Assembly (NCBI GenBank): GCA_963845185.1
Contig: CAWJRG010000001.1
Location: 64,001 to 128,000 of the forward strand
Reading direction: 5' to 3'
DNA length: 64,000 nucleotides
Origin: an uncultured bacterium
GTDB lineage: Bacteria > Oederibacteriota > PGYV01 > CAWJRG01
The notes under the pieces are model-generated. The model saw nothing but the letters and a program-made list of their open reading frames with translations. It ran no database searches and was not told the origin of the DNA. The number at the start of each line of letters is the position of its first letter. The stretch's first letter is position 1. Below, piece after piece: positions 40,372-51,491 of the stretch. The translations under genes were made by a program, and so were the position numbers.

Positions 40372-40995
40372 TTATTGCTTGTTCGTTAAGAAAAACGTCA
40401 GTTGCTCCATCTCAAGCCCAAGGTCAACGTTCCTTATAATAATATTTGCCTCGTCCATCAGGTGCTTCCCTGCAAAGTTCAAAATGCCTTTTATGCCTGT
40501 ATTTTTAAGCCTTTCCATGACCGTTGCAAGCGAGTCTTTTGGGGTTGTAATTATTACTATTTCAATTTTTTCCTTTTTTATTATTTTCTCTATGTCCTGG
40601 AAATCGTAAATCTTGACATCGTCTATTTCCCATCCTATTTTATCCTGGGCCGTGTCGAATCCGGCCACTACTTTAAATCCTCTTTCCTGAAACCCTTTAT
40701 ACATTGCCAGCGCACTGCCTAGTTTCCCGACTCCTACGACGCCCACCCTCCATTGTTTATGCGTTCCAAGTATTCTTGATATATGCTCTTTCAACTGTGT
40801 CACATGATATCCAACGCCCCTACGCCCGAACTGACCGAAATACGCCAGGTCTTTTCTCACCTGCGCAGCGTTTATGCCTATGCATTTTGCAACTTCCTCA
40901 GAAGACGCATATTCGACGTCCTGGCCGGTGAGTTCGGAAAAACATTTCAAATACAGCGAAAGCCTGTTGACTGTGGACGGCGGTGTTTTTTTCAT
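40372..40995 (-). CDS. rex: Redox-sensing transcriptional repressor Rex
   Basis: RLSLY, AAQVRKDLAYFGQFGRRGVGY, GVGKLG, GILNFA. Confidence 0.96.
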   Translation of the reverse strand: MKKTPPSTVNRLSLYLKCFSELTGQDVEYASSEEVAKCIGINAAQVRKDLAYFGQFGRRGVGYHVTQLKEHISRILGTHKQWRVGVVGVGKLGSALAMYKGFQERGFKVVAGFDTAQDKIGWEIDDVKIYDFQDIEKIIKKEKIEIVIITTPKDSLATVMERLKNTGIKGILNFAGKHLMDEANIIIRNVDLGLEMEQLTFFLTNKQ

Positions 40996-40996
40996 A

Positions 40997-42617
40997 TTAC
41001 TGTCCTTGTTTTTCTTCCTGTTTTTCCACGTCGCCGAAATTCACTATATCATTCATTGTTATTTTATGTTCGTGGGTTTTAATGTAATTATCAACTTCCT
41101 TTTTTTCTTCAAGACTTTCAAGCTCTTTTGAACTCAGGTAAACCTTTTTCTGGTCTTTGTCAATTTTGTTTATTTTTGCCTTGATAATGTCGCCTTTTTT
41201 ATAAGGAATTTTATTCTTGTTTTTTATCGGCAGCCTTCCGTTTACACCTTCGACTATCTGGCACAGGATTGCCGCGTCGTCAATCTCAAGGATTTTTACG
41301 TCTATGAAACTCCCTTCCTTGTATTTGTGCATAAAACTGTCCCATGGCGATGCTTCCATCTGTTTTAGGCCAAGCAGTATCCTGTATTTTGCCTTGTCAA
41401 TGCCCAATACCCTGAATTCCCTTTTGTCACCGATTTTTAAAACATCCGCTATTTTGCTAAAAGAAAACCACGATATATTTGAAATATGCGCGAAAGCATC
41501 GGCATTTTCCTCTATCTCGACATCAACGCCTTCGCCTTCCCTTATTTCCTTGACCGTGCCCACGAGCCATGCATTCACCGGATATTCTCTCTTCCATGTT
41601 TGCCCACGGATTCTTCTCGGTCCTTTTCACGCTCAAATATATTTTGCTTTCCTGCTCGTCTATTTTTACTATGACTACTCCAACCTCGTCTCCGGCCTTG
41701 TAAAAATCCCCAATATTATTTATCCTGCGCAAATAAGACAGTTCTGATATATGGACAAACCCGTCAAGGTCCGGAGAAAGTTCGACAAGCAGGCCTTCGT
41801 TTAAAATTTCTTTTATTTTCACTTTTATTTTATCCCCGGGCTTCTTGTCCTTAATAAAATTTACAAACGGGTTTTCCGTGAGTTTCTTCATGCTGAGCAG
41901 TATTCTATCCCTTTCGTTGCCGATAACGAGCACGTCAACCACGTCTCCGGCCTTAAATTTTTCCCCCAGGTTGTGTATCCTTGCCCATGATATTTCATGG
42001 GTTGGTATAAAACATTTAATGCCTTCTTTTTCAGCCTCAAGCCCGTTGTCCTTTACCTCGGTTATTGTAAGCTGTATTTTTTCGCCCGTAGGGAAAAGTT
42101 TTTTTACTTTCCCTTCTTCCGCCTGCTGTTTCGCAGCCATGTACTCTTTATAAGACACAACTACGTTCCTTCTTTCCTCGTCTATCTGTATAACTTTCAA
42201 AGGCAGCACCTTGCCTATTGCATCTCCCTCATACGATTTCGAATGTGATATGGGTAAAAAAGCGGTAACATTTGCGCCAAAGTCCACGATATATCCGCCC
42301 TTTATGGCTTTTATTACCTTGCCGTCTATTGAACCGCTTTCTTTATAGGCTTTCCTGATATTGTTGAATATGATTTTTTTATCTACTATTATTTTTGAAA
42401 GCAGCACATTGCCTTCGTCGCCGTCTATTTTCTTGATATATACTTCTATTTCGTCGCCTTCCTTAAGCGCGTCAAAATAAGTATATTTAATTGTCTCGTC
42501 CTTCGGTATTATGCCTTCAGACTTATAATTGATATCGACAAAAACGTCTCCGTCGGATTTCCTTACTACCCTGCCTTTTATGACCGTTCCTTCTTTTATT
42601 CCATTAAAATCTTCCAT
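40997..42617 (-). CDS. rpsA: 30S ribosomal protein S1 with an apparent 1-nt frameshift near 41585
   Basis: Tandem S1 domains across ORFs 41523..42617 and 40997..41578; deleting one base gives NPWANMEER-YPVNAWLVGTV; follows ispH. Confidence 0.85.
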
Positions 42618-42618
42618 T

Positions 42619-43482
42619 TTATTCCGTCCCTGTCTCCTTTAGCTTTTTTATCACGGCGTTAATAATCCATGATGGTGTAGAAGCCCCAGCGCTTATTCCT
42701 ATGTTTTTTTTACCTTTTAGCCATCGCTTTTTTATTTCTTTTTCCGTCTCTATGTGGTGAACTTCTTTTAATATTTTCCTGCTTAATTTGTAAAGCCGTC
42801 CCGTGTTTGCGCTGTTTTTTCCGCCTATTATTAACATGGCGTCCACTTTCCCGGCAAGCTTTATGGTAGCTTCCTGGCGTTTTTGCGTCGCATCGCATAT
42901 GGTGTTGAAGATATGTATGTCCGAGTAATTTTTACAGAACGCCTTTTCCAAAATTCCATTTATAATATCCCTATATTCAGCTGCGTTTTGAGTGGTCTGG
43001 GAAACAACACCTATTTTATTTTTCAAGACGGTTTTTTTTAAATCTTTTTTCCCGCTTATTACAACGCCGTTTCCTTTTGCGTAACCCTGGATCCCCTTGA
43101 CTTCAAGATGGCGCTTATCTCCAACAATTATAACCTGATAACCACCGCTGGTCAATCTTTTTACAATATTGTGTATTTTTTTTACATAAGGGCATGTGGT
43201 GTCAAGGATTTTTACATTTTTGCTTTTAAGAATATTTTCCTCGCGCGGCGTTGTCCCGTGCGTGCTTATAATAACCATTGTGCCGGGCTTTGCCTCATCG
43301 ACTTTTTCAATACGCTTTATACCTTTTTTTTCAAGCCGCGCCTCCTCCTGGTGGTTATGTATAATTTGTTTCAGGGAATATACCTCGCCTGTTTTATTTT
43401 GCCCTGCGTATTCATACGCCATTTCCATGGCCCTTTTCACGCCGAAGCAGAAGCCCGAACCGCGGGCAATGTGTATTTTCAT
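42619..43482 (-). CDS. ispH: 4-hydroxy-3-methylbut-2-enyl diphosphate reductase
   Basis: GFCFGVKRA, DTTCPYV, NTICDAT, SAGASTP. Confidence 0.97.
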   Translation of the reverse strand: MKIHIARGSGFCFGVKRAMEMAYEYAGQNKTGEVYSLKQIIHNHQEEARLEKKGIKRIEKVDEAKPGTMVIISTHGTTPREENILKSKNVKILDTTCPYVKKIHNIVKRLTSGGYQVIIVGDKRHLEVKGIQGYAKGNGVVISGKKDLKKTVLKNKIGVVSQTTQNAAEYRDIINGILEKAFCKNYSDIHIFNTICDATQKRQEATIKLAGKVDAMLIIGGKNSANTGRLYKLSRKILKEVHHIETEKEIKKRWLKGKKNIGISAGASTPSWIINAVIKKLKETGTE

Positions 43483-44150
43483 TATTTTACCGCCTTCTCC
43501 ATATATTCGCTTTTTAATTTTCTTATTTCAGACATGATTTTTCCTGTAATTTCAATATATATTTGCTTGTTTTCTTGCCTGCCGTAATACTCGTCAAAAC
43601 ATAAAGGCTTGCCAAAGGTTACCGCTATACGTACTCCGAATAACCTCGGAATCTTTTTATGCCTTGGGAATGCCGTGTACGAATTATTAATATATACAGG
43701 CACAACAGGAACCTTTGCCATACATATAAGCATGCCTGTTCCTGGCTTACCGTCATGTATTTCGCCGTCGCTGCTCCTGGTGCCTTCAGGGAAAAATACC
43801 ACTCCATAACCTTTCTGCGTGTAATTTTTAAAAACTTCCCAGGCTTCCCTATCAATTGTTCCCCTTTTTAATCTGAAAGAACCCCATGATTTTAAAATAA
43901 AACTTATAAGTGGATTTTTAAAAAGTGTGTCTCTTGCCGTGTATTTTAGCTGTCTGGGAAAAATGCAGCTTCCGATAAGCGGTGGGTCCAGATGGCTTTG
44001 ATGGTTTGACGCCAATATGAATCCTCCTGCCTTCGGCAGGTTTTCAAGCCCGTAGGCTTTAAGCTTGTAAAAAAACTTGAACAGTGTAAAAAAAACAAAC
44101 CAGCCGATAAAGTACGAAACAGCGCTGAAAATCCTGTAAAATAAGTTCAT
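43482..44150 (-). CDS. plsC: 1-acyl-sn-glycerol-3-phosphate acyltransferase
   Basis: NHQSHLD, FPEGTRS. Confidence 0.9.
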   Translation of the reverse strand: MNLFYRIFSAVSYFIGWFVFFTLFKFFYKLKAYGLENLPKAGGFILASNHQSHLDPPLIGSCIFPRQLKYTARDTLFKNPLISFILKSWGSFRLKRGTIDREAWEVFKNYTQKGYGVVFFPEGTRSSDGEIHDGKPGTGMLICMAKVPVVPVYINNSYTAFPRHKKIPRLFGVRIAVTFGKPLCFDEYYGRQENKQIYIEITGKIMSEIRKLKSEYMEKAVK

Positions 44151-44151
44151 G

Positions 44152-45438
44152 TCATTTTTTCAGGTTTTTTAATATGTTGAAAAACTCTGGGAAAGAAGTA
44201 TTTACACATTCGACATCCTTTATTAAAAGCCCGTTATCCGACACAAGCGCGGCTATTGCAAAAGACATGGCTATCCTGTGGTCTCCGTAAGAATCTATAT
44301 CCGCGTATTTAAACGGCCGTCCGTTGCTGCCGTATATTATCATTCCGTCTTCTTTTTCCTCCACTTTCACGCCCATTCGCTTTAAATTTTTTACAACAGT
44401 CTCTATCCTGTCAGTTTCCTTTACCCTGAGTTCTTTCGCATCTTTTATTATTGTCCTGCCTTCTGCAAACGCTGCTGCTACGGCGATAACCGGTATCTCG
44501 TCGATAAGTTTCGGAATAAGCCCGCCTTTTATAACCGTGCCTTTTAAACCTGATGTTTTGGCAATAATATCGCCTACGGGCTCGTTGTTTCTCATCTTTA
44601 TATTTTTAAATATTATTTTCGCTCCCATTTTTTTCATTACTTCCACAATTCCTGTTCTTGAAGGGTTTAAGCCTGTTTCTCTTATTGTAATTTTCGAGTT
44701 TTTCATAAGCAACCCTGCGATTATAAAATAAGCCGAGGACGATATGTCGCCCGGAACATAAATATTCCGCGCTTTTAGCTCTTTGCCCGGTTTTATTTTT
44801 ATCCGGTTTTTCGACATTTTTATATCTGCACCGAAATATTTGAGCATGCGCTCGGTATGGTCCCGCGATGGCATTGGCTCGATTATTTCCGTGCTTTTTT
44901 GCGCGTGCAGCGCCGCAAGCATAATTGACGATTTTACCTGTGCGCTTGCCACTGGCATCCTGTATGTTATGCCGCGTAGGCTCGTTCCTGTCACTGTCAC
45001 CGGAGCATGACCGTTTGTGCTCTGGAATTTCGCTCCCATCTGCGACAGCGGTAGTATTACACGGTTCATGGGTCTTTTCTCCACCTGCGCATCGCCTGTT
45101 ATGGTGGATGTAAAATGCTGGCCCGACAGTACCCCGAGTGTCAGGCGTATGGAAGTCCCTGAATTTCCTACGTATAATGTCTTTGACGGTTCCCGAAAAG
45201 AAAACAGCCCGTTACTTTCCACCGAATATATGTCCTTTTTCTTTTCTATCCTTATTCCGAGTTCCCTGTAGACATTTATGGTGTCAAGGCAGTCTTCTGC
45301 CTCGAGAAAATTTTTAATTTTTGTAGTCCCCTTAGCAAGGCTGCCTATTATTACCGCCCTATGTGAGATCGACTTGTCGCCCTGCACCCGGATGGTTTTA
45401 TTGCAGTTTTCGACAGGCTCCACGTAATGCTTTTTCAT
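44152..45438 (-). CDS. aroA: EPSP synthase
   Basis: DKSISHR, GNSGTSIRL, SAQVKS, ELRVKETDRI, DHRIAM. Confidence 0.97.
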   Translation of the reverse strand: MKKHYVEPVENCNKTIRVQGDKSISHRAVIIGSLAKGTTKIKNFLEAEDCLDTINVYRELGIRIEKKKDIYSVESNGLFSFREPSKTLYVGNSGTSIRLTLGVLSGQHFTSTITGDAQVEKRPMNRVILPLSQMGAKFQSTNGHAPVTVTGTSLRGITYRMPVASAQVKSSIMLAALHAQKSTEIIEPMPSRDHTERMLKYFGADIKMSKNRIKIKPGKELKARNIYVPGDISSSAYFIIAGLLMKNSKITIRETGLNPSRTGIVEVMKKMGAKIIFKNIKMRNNEPVGDIIAKTSGLKGTVIKGGLIPKLIDEIPVIAVAAAFAEGRTIIKDAKELRVKETDRIETVVKNLKRMGVKVEEKEDGMIIYGSNGRPFKYADIDSYGDHRIAMSFAIAALVSDNGLLIKDVECVNTSFPEFFNILKNLKK

Positions 45439-46289
45439 TTATCAAGTGCCTCCCTTAAAAGCCTCGAGCTTTTTATTATTTTCATCAGCCGTAGCCTTTT
45501 CCGACCCGCCACCAGCGCCCTTAATTTCCGCACTTCCCTTATATAAGCATCGGTTTTTTTTACAAGTTCTTTATTGTTGGTTATAAATATGTCTGACCAA
45601 ATCTCCTCGCCCGAAGCCGCTATTCTGGTTGTATCTTTAAAACCTTTACCTATAACCTTTTTTAAATTCGTAATTATATCTTTCTGAGAGTTGGTGAGCG
45701 CAAAAGCCAGCAGGTGCGGCAAATGGCTTATACCTGCCACATAACCATCGTGTCCGGCCGGTGAAAGTTCTATGGTTTCCATACCCATTGCGCGCCAAAA
45801 ATCTTTGATTATGCCGGTTTTTTTCTTGTCAGAATATTTATCGGGAGTGACTATGCAAACTCCGCCTTCGTACAAATTATCCTTTATATTATTCACGCCT
45901 CTTTTTTCAGAGCCAACCATGGGGTGTGAACCTACAAAAAGCCTGTGTTTGTCAGTCCTGCGTATATTGTCGACAATATATTTTTTTACGCTTCCAACAT
46001 CCGTCACTGCGGTTTTTGCCTCAATATAAGGATACATTTCTTTATATTTTTCCGGTATAAGCGTCACATTCTGGCATAAAACCACGATGTCAGAGTATTT
46101 CACCGCATCCTCTATGTTCGTAGTAAAATCTGTTATTGCGCCTTTTTGACAGGCTATATTCAGTCTTTCCGCGTCCTTGCTGAACCCTTTAACTACCCTT
46201 GCAAGCTTTTTTTTCTGAATTTCCAATCCCAGACTGCCTCCCATGAAACCCATGCCTGCGATGGTAATTTTATTGTATTTAAAGCTCAT
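45435..46289 (-). CDS. tyrA: Prephenate/arogenate dehydrogenase
   Basis: GMGFMGGS, DVGSVK, HPMVGSE, SHLPHL, FKDTTRIA. Confidence 0.93.
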   Translation of the reverse strand: MSFKYNKITIAGMGFMGGSLGLEIQKKKLARVVKGFSKDAERLNIACQKGAITDFTTNIEDAVKYSDIVVLCQNVTLIPEKYKEMYPYIEAKTAVTDVGSVKKYIVDNIRRTDKHRLFVGSHPMVGSEKRGVNNIKDNLYEGGVCIVTPDKYSDKKKTGIIKDFWRAMGMETIELSPAGHDGYVAGISHLPHLLAFALTNSQKDIITNLKKVIGKGFKDTTRIAASGEEIWSDIFITNNKELVKKTDAYIREVRKLRALVAGRKRLRLMKIIKSSRLLREALDK

Positions 46290-46400
46290 AATGACTCCTT
46301 ATTTTAAAAGTGATAACTGTTATGTGTCATGTGGTAAGTGAAAAATTTAAATCTCTAAACTAACCACTGTCCACTTATCACCTACCACTTACCACATGTT

Positions 46401-47417
46401 TTATATGCTTCTACCCACTGCCGCCGCCACTTTTTTCAATTCTTTCACAAGATTTTTATAATCATCCGGAAGCATCGATTGTTCGCCGTCGGAAAAAGCT
46501 TCTTCAGGTTTTGGATGCACTTCGATAAGAATTCCGTCCGCACCTGCGGCGACCGCTGCCTTTGACATGACCCCTACAAGCTCTCTCTTGCCTGTGGCAT
46601 GCGACGGATCTACCATTACAGGCAAATGGCTCAGCTGCTTTACTACAGGCACTGCTGAAAGGTCGAGCGTATTCCTCGTGGCTGTTTCAAATGTCCTTAT
46701 ACCCCTCTCACACAGGATTACGTTCATATTGCCATTTGCAAGGATATATTCCGCCGACATCAGCCATTCGACTATTGTAGCCATCATACCTCTTTTTAAA
46801 AGCACGGGTTTTCTTGTTTTGCCTACTTCTTTTAACAGCTCAAAATTCTGCATGTTCCTGGCACCTATTTGAAAAACATCGGCGTATTTGTTTATAAGTT
46901 CAACATGCCTTGTATCAAGCACTTCAGTGACTATCGGGAGGCCGTATTTTTCCCTTGCCTGCGCAAGTATCTTCAAACCTTCTTCGCCCATACCCTGAAA
47001 CGAGTAAGGAGAAGTCCTCGGTTTGAAAGCTCCGCCGCGCAAAAGGTGCGCGCCTGCTTCTTTTACAAGTTTCGCGACCAGCATGAGAGGTTTTTCTCCT
47101 TCCACTGAGCATGGTCCCGCGACCAGTATGACCCTGTTGCCGCCTATCTCTATACCGTCTTTAATTCTTACAACAGTATCAGTCTTTTTAAAATCGCGGC
47201 TAGCGAGCTTATAAGGCTTTAATATCTGCATGACTTTTTCAACGCCCGGGAAGCTCTCAAAAGGTACTGCCTGCAGTACCCTTTCGTCTCCTATGATTCC
47301 TATTATTGTGCGCTCGGTGCCCTTTGATATATGCGGTTGAAGTTTATATTCTTTAATTTTATTGACAACCTCATCCACGTGTTTTTTCGTGGCTCCTGGC
47401 TTTAGCACTATTATCAT
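46401..47417 (-). CDS. aroF: DAHP synthase (type I-beta)
   Basis: [38 protein letters not shown]. Confidence 0.96.
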   Translation of the reverse strand: MIIVLKPGATKKHVDEVVNKIKEYKLQPHISKGTERTIIGIIGDERVLQAVPFESFPGVEKVMQILKPYKLASRDFKKTDTVVRIKDGIEIGGNRVILVAGPCSVEGEKPLMLVAKLVKEAGAHLLRGGAFKPRTSPYSFQGMGEEGLKILAQAREKYGLPIVTEVLDTRHVELINKYADVFQIGARNMQNFELLKEVGKTRKPVLLKRGMMATIVEWLMSAEYILANGNMNVILCERGIRTFETATRNTLDLSAVPVVKQLSHLPVMVDPSHATGKRELVGVMSKAAVAAGADGILIEVHPKPEEAFSDGEQSMLPDDYKNLVKELKKVAAAVGRSI

Positions 47418-47467
47418 CTCTTGCCTCCTGGAAAATTTTGTTTTTAGCCTTTATTTCGGCTTTTAAT

Positions 47468-48550
47468 TTAAAGCACTTGCTTTAAAGCTTTTATGAGCCT
47501 TTTGTTTTCCTCCATTTTGCCTATGGTAATCCTGGCAAAATTGTCAAAAACAGGCCTTATTATTATACCCTTTTTCAGCAGATTTTCAAAAACAATTTTG
47601 CTGTTCTGGTTAAATATAGTAAATATAAAATTTGCATAGGTTTCTACATACTTTATACCGAATTTTTTAAATTCCTTATAAAGATATTTTTTACCCTCTT
47701 CATTTACTTTGATTGTTTCTTTCACATGCTCCCTGTCTTTTAAGGCAGCTTCAGCCGCTGCCTGTGCCGGTATATTCGTATTAAAAGGTGCCCTTACCCG
47801 CTCAAGAATTTCTATAATATCCTTGTCAGCCGCCGCAAAACCTATGCGCAGGCCTGCCAGACCATATATCTTTGAAAATGTCCTTAAGACCACAAGGTTT
47901 GGATATTTTGCCATATATTTTAGTCCGTCCGGGTAATTTTTGTCATGAACGTATTCAAAATACGCCTCGTCAAGCGCAACTATTGTTCGTGATGATGTTT
48001 TTTGCATAAACTTTTCAAACTCGTCTTTTGTTATAATGGTCCCTGTCGGGTTGTTCGGGTTACAAATGAAAACAAGTTTGGTTTTTGGCGAAAGCCTTTC
48101 TATAAAAGCATCCATATCATGCCTGAAATTTTTATGCGGTATTACGATTGATGTAGCGCCGGCCATATCTGCTACTATAGGGTAAACAACAAAAGAAAGT
48201 ACAGAATACATCACCTCATCGCCGGCTTCAACAAAAGCCTGGGCAAGCATGATTTCAAGCTCGTTTGAGCCGTTGCCGAATATTAAAGTGCGTGGGTCAG
48301 TTTTTAATTGTTTTGCCAGCGATTCCCTTAAATAATAAGCCGATGTCTCCGGATATAAATTAATTGTTCTCAACTTTCCTTCTATTGCCTTTACTGCCTT
48401 TTTTGACGGACCAAGCGGGTTTTCATTTGACGCAAGTTTAATAACATCCCTTATTTGTAACTCCCTTTGCACTTCCTCAATCGGCTTGCCCGGAACATAA
48501 GGCTTTATCTTCATAACGCTCTCTTTTGCTGTATTTTCAAATTTATTCAT
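47468..48550 (-). CDS. hisC: Histidinol-phosphate aminotransferase
   Basis: KLASNENPLG, NPNNPTG, DEAYFEY, RTFSKIYGLAGLRIG; start at MNKF after GGAGG. Confidence 0.95.
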   Translation of the reverse strand: MNKFENTAKESVMKIKPYVPGKPIEEVQRELQIRDVIKLASNENPLGPSKKAVKAIEGKLRTINLYPETSAYYLRESLAKQLKTDPRTLIFGNGSNELEIMLAQAFVEAGDEVMYSVLSFVVYPIVADMAGATSIVIPHKNFRHDMDAFIERLSPKTKLVFICNPNNPTGTIITKDEFEKFMQKTSSRTIVALDEAYFEYVHDKNYPDGLKYMAKYPNLVVLRTFSKIYGLAGLRIGFAAADKDIIEILERVRAPFNTNIPAQAAAEAALKDREHVKETIKVNEEGKKYLYKEFKKFGIKYVETYANFIFTIFNQNSKIVFENLLKKGIIIRPVFDNFARITIGKMEENKRLIKALKQVL

Positions 48551-48733
48551 AATGCCTCCAAATATACGCTGTCGTGTGTCCGTTTCACTCCTGTGCATGT
48601 GGCTAAATTTTGTCCCGTATCGTAAAATACTTTGTGCCATCAATTCACAATCTTTGCTATAGAACTATATTATAAACTTATTTATTGGGATTTTCAACGG
48701 TAAAAATTGCGAATTGGATTTTACAAAGCTGGA

Positions 48734-49585
48734 TTAAAATTCAACCTTTATAATATCCACCTTGTACTCATCCGTGGATTTTATGAATTTCTGCGTTTCA
48801 TCATCATTAAATTTGTTTGCCGATACCACGGAACCATATACGCTTGACAAATAAAAGAAAATCTCTGGTATGCCGAATACAACTTCCATTACGTTCTCAT
48901 TGCGTATATGAACCTCATAAATATTATATATGCAAAACGCGTTAAGCAGAAGCGAAAATATTCCATCCGACCATCTGCCGCAGTACATATGTCCGCTCCC
49001 CGGGATAATAAGCGACAATATGCCGGAAATTACCGGCAAGCGTGTAGGTATTTCATTGCTTTTATTTAAAACCGCCCTGATTGACGCAGACGACCCGCTA
49101 AGCTCAGTTCCGCTTATTTTAGCGAATTCAGCGTCAGACGCCTTAAAATCCCCCTGATTCATGTAGTTAAAAGCCGTGATATAATGCGCCTTATCCAAAT
49201 ATTTCGACGCCACGTTGTCGTTCAAAATTCTGGCAGCCACGGATGTCGAATACACATAATCTTTTTTCGAAGCGGCCGATAATGCTTCGCCTATCAAGGA
49301 AAGGTATTTTAAATCCCCGCTGTACTTTAAAGAAATGCCATCAAAAGAATCCACAGCTTCATCATATTTACCTGCCATTAAATACGACAGAGCGATTTTA
49401 TATACCGCATTTTTTACAAACTTCCCCTGTTCATTGTAAAATATGTATCTTTTGTACTCCGTAATAGCCCTGTAGTAATCACCAGAATCATAAAGGGCGT
49501 CAGCAAAGTTCATCTGTTTTATATCCTCGGCGAATATGTTTAATCCACAAAATATCAGGCCACATATTAAAAGTATCCTTTTCAT
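48734..49585 (-). CDS. Secreted TPR protein with a C-terminal hydrophobic (TM2-like) segment
   Basis: YYRAITEYKRY TPR; LSLIIPGSGHMYCG. Confidence 0.7.
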   Translation of the reverse strand: MKRILLICGLIFCGLNIFAEDIKQMNFADALYDSGDYYRAITEYKRYIFYNEQGKFVKNAVYKIALSYLMAGKYDEAVDSFDGISLKYSGDLKYLSLIGEALSAASKKDYVYSTSVAARILNDNVASKYLDKAHYITAFNYMNQGDFKASDAEFAKISGTELSGSSASIRAVLNKSNEIPTRLPVISGILSLIIPGSGHMYCGRWSDGIFSLLLNAFCIYNIYEVHIRNENVMEVVFGIPEIFFYLSSVYGSVVSANKFNDDETQKFIKSTDEYKVDIIKVEF

Positions 49586-49607
49586 AAATCCTCCGTTTAT
49601 TTATTTG

Positions 49608-50042
49608 CTAAAAGTTCAGCCAGTCAAATATAAAGTTCAATGTATCATTGCTTTCCACTGAGTCTGATAAAAGGCCGTGTTCATAATCAATAGGGTAACC
49701 TGCCGTATAAGCGTACCAGTTACACCTCATGATCCTGTCGATTGCCATTATCGAACCCTTAATTGCTCCGAATTTTTTTACAGCGGTAAACCCGTAACGC
49801 GAACAGCTTGGATAAAAATTACATTCACCGCCTGTTTTTCCTGATAGTGTTAACTGATACAGCCTGATTAACCCCAGTGCCAAAATCTTGGGCACCGAAG
49901 TTTCTCCAGCCAATGCTTTATTAAGGGCTTCCGGGGAATATCTGTCATTTACAGGCGTTATATCCCATTCGCCATCCCAGTAAGCGTTTAATGCGGAACC
50001 TGTTAATAATAGAACTAAAAGCAAAAAACAAGCGTGTTTCAT
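49608..50042 (-). CDS. YidD-like (membrane protein insertion efficiency factor domain) protein with a signal peptide
   Basis: LIRLYQ..CNFYPSCSRYG..RIMRCN. Confidence 0.8.
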   Translation of the reverse strand: MKHACFLLLVLLLTGSALNAYWDGEWDITPVNDRYSPEALNKALAGETSVPKILALGLIRLYQLTLSGKTGGECNFYPSCSRYGFTAVKKFGAIKGSIMAIDRIMRCNWYAYTAGYPIDYEHGLLSDSVESNDTLNFIFDWLNF

Positions 50043-50743
50043 TAAAATTTTACCTTTGATATTTTAGCGTCTTCAGGTATTTTAAAATTTTGTATTATTT
50101 CCGGCAATTTTGAATTTTCCTTAAAATTTGTTATTTTGATCATTTCCTCATAGCTGCCCTTATCCCCGCCCGCGTAAGTCTTTATAAAAAAAGGTATTTG
50201 CTTATTACCGATTTTTACATAATCCTGATATTCGAGTCTTGTCATGACATTGCCGTCCTTTCCTTTCATTTCCATCTTAAGCAAACGTCCTTTTCCGTCC
50301 CTTTCAAGCAGTATGCTTTTTATCGGCACCCCTACTATATTTCCCGGAGCCCATACTTCCTTTGATCCCTCCTTGCTCTTTTTCGAGTCCACAAGCTTGA
50401 ATCCAAGACTTTTTAAGTCCATCTTTTTTGTTGCGGGCTCCATAAAATTTACTTTTGAAATGTCCTCGCTATTTTCCATAATAATTGCTTTTTTTTCGTC
50501 CGGGTAATATACCTGCGTTTCTTTTTTTGAAAGCACCATTATCTGGTTTACGGGATAAGTAATATGAAAATAAATATTATTCGCCTCTGAACCGCTGCCG
50601 GCTTTCATGTAAATAAAACCGCCTATTTTTTCCAGCTTGCCGTTATCATAAGACTCTTTATAAAAATCAAAAGTTAAATTCCCTGCCTTTATCGAGCATG
50701 CACATAAAGCCAGCATAAAAAAAAGCGTTATTTTTCTTTTCAA
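50042..50743 (-). CDS. Secreted protein, possibly LolA-like fold
   Basis: Signal peptide, VYYPDEKKA, F(K)IP..KI tail; weak. Confidence 0.5.
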   Translation of the reverse strand: MKRKITLFFMLALCACSIKAGNLTFDFYKESYDNGKLEKIGGFIYMKAGSGSEANNIYFHITYPVNQIMVLSKKETQVYYPDEKKAIIMENSEDISKVNFMEPATKKMDLKSLGFKLVDSKKSKEGSKEVWAPGNIVGVPIKSILLERDGKGRLLKMEMKGKDGNVMTRLEYQDYVKIGNKQIPFFIKTYAGGDKGSYEEMIKITNFKENSKLPEIIQNFKIPEDAKISKVKF

Positions 50744-50760
50744 TTCTTCCTCCCAAAATA

Positions 50761-50797
50761 ACTAAAGTGGGGCCTTGTAAAAAAGCCCCACTTTAGT
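50761..50797 (-). terminator. Hairpin between genes
   Basis: ACTAAAGTGGGGC..GCCCCACTTTAGT. Confidence 0.55.
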
Positions 50798-50828
50798 CTA
50801 TAAAAATCGATGTTTGAACTATTTGTGA

Positions 50829-51287
50829 TTAACCACCACTGCTCATGCCAAACAGGGCGGCACCTAAAACAACAACATAAACAACATAAAATATGATTGA
50901 ACAAACGCACTCTGTTACGCAACCCCACACTGCCATCATTCCGTTCTCGTTCTTTGTAAACTCCTGATAGCATCTTGTGTACTCTTCCACGTAAGCCGAT
51001 GATTTTCCCATTACTCTGTTATTGGGAACCGCCATCGGTATAAAAAAACCGCCTATAATCCCAATAAAACCTAATAAACATCCGGCGCCGAACCATACCC
51101 ACTTCATTCCCGAATTGTCAACAGTTGCGTCAGCTTTTGCTTGCGCGCATACTTCGTCCTCCCCTGCAGTTTGGGCAACTGCCGTAGTCGCCGTTTGCGG
51201 ATGAGACAAATGTGCCGCAAGTGACAAAACCGGCGAGCATACAACCAACGAAACAGCAATCAAAAAACAAATAAAAGCTTTTTTCAT
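50829..51287 (-). CDS. Hypothetical membrane protein
   Basis: AGGAGG RBS, signal peptide, two hydrophobic segments; paralogous to the C-terminus of 51492..52274. Confidence 0.75.
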   Translation of the reverse strand: MKKAFICFLIAVSLVVCSPVLSLAAHLSHPQTATTAVAQTAGEDEVCAQAKADATVDNSGMKWVWFGAGCLLGFIGIIGGFFIPMAVPNNRVMGKSSAYVEEYTRCYQEFTKNENGMMAVWGCVTECVCSIIFYVVYVVVLGAALFGMSSGG

Positions 51288-51491
51288 TCCAATATCCTCC
51301 TTTTTAAAAGTTTTATATGCATATTAATATCATACATATTTGACAAAAAATTATCATATTTTATGGCCTTTGTCAACAATTTTTTCGACAACTGTTGTTA
51401 ACTATTAGGTTTCTTAAACCTTCTATTTCATTCCAACATAAAAAATATCAATGGTTTTCTCAATCGACGGCTTTTATTTATTTATAAACCC

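Noticed and set aside
46310..46400. Short heptamer-like repeats and palindrome CATGTGGTAAGTG..CACTTACCACATG
   Set aside because: Common low-complexity intergenic hairpin with no specific function assignable
48632..48650. Possible Rex operator TTGTGCCATCAATTCACAA upstream of hisC
   Set aside because: 19 bp rather than 18 with a mismatched left half; unusual target
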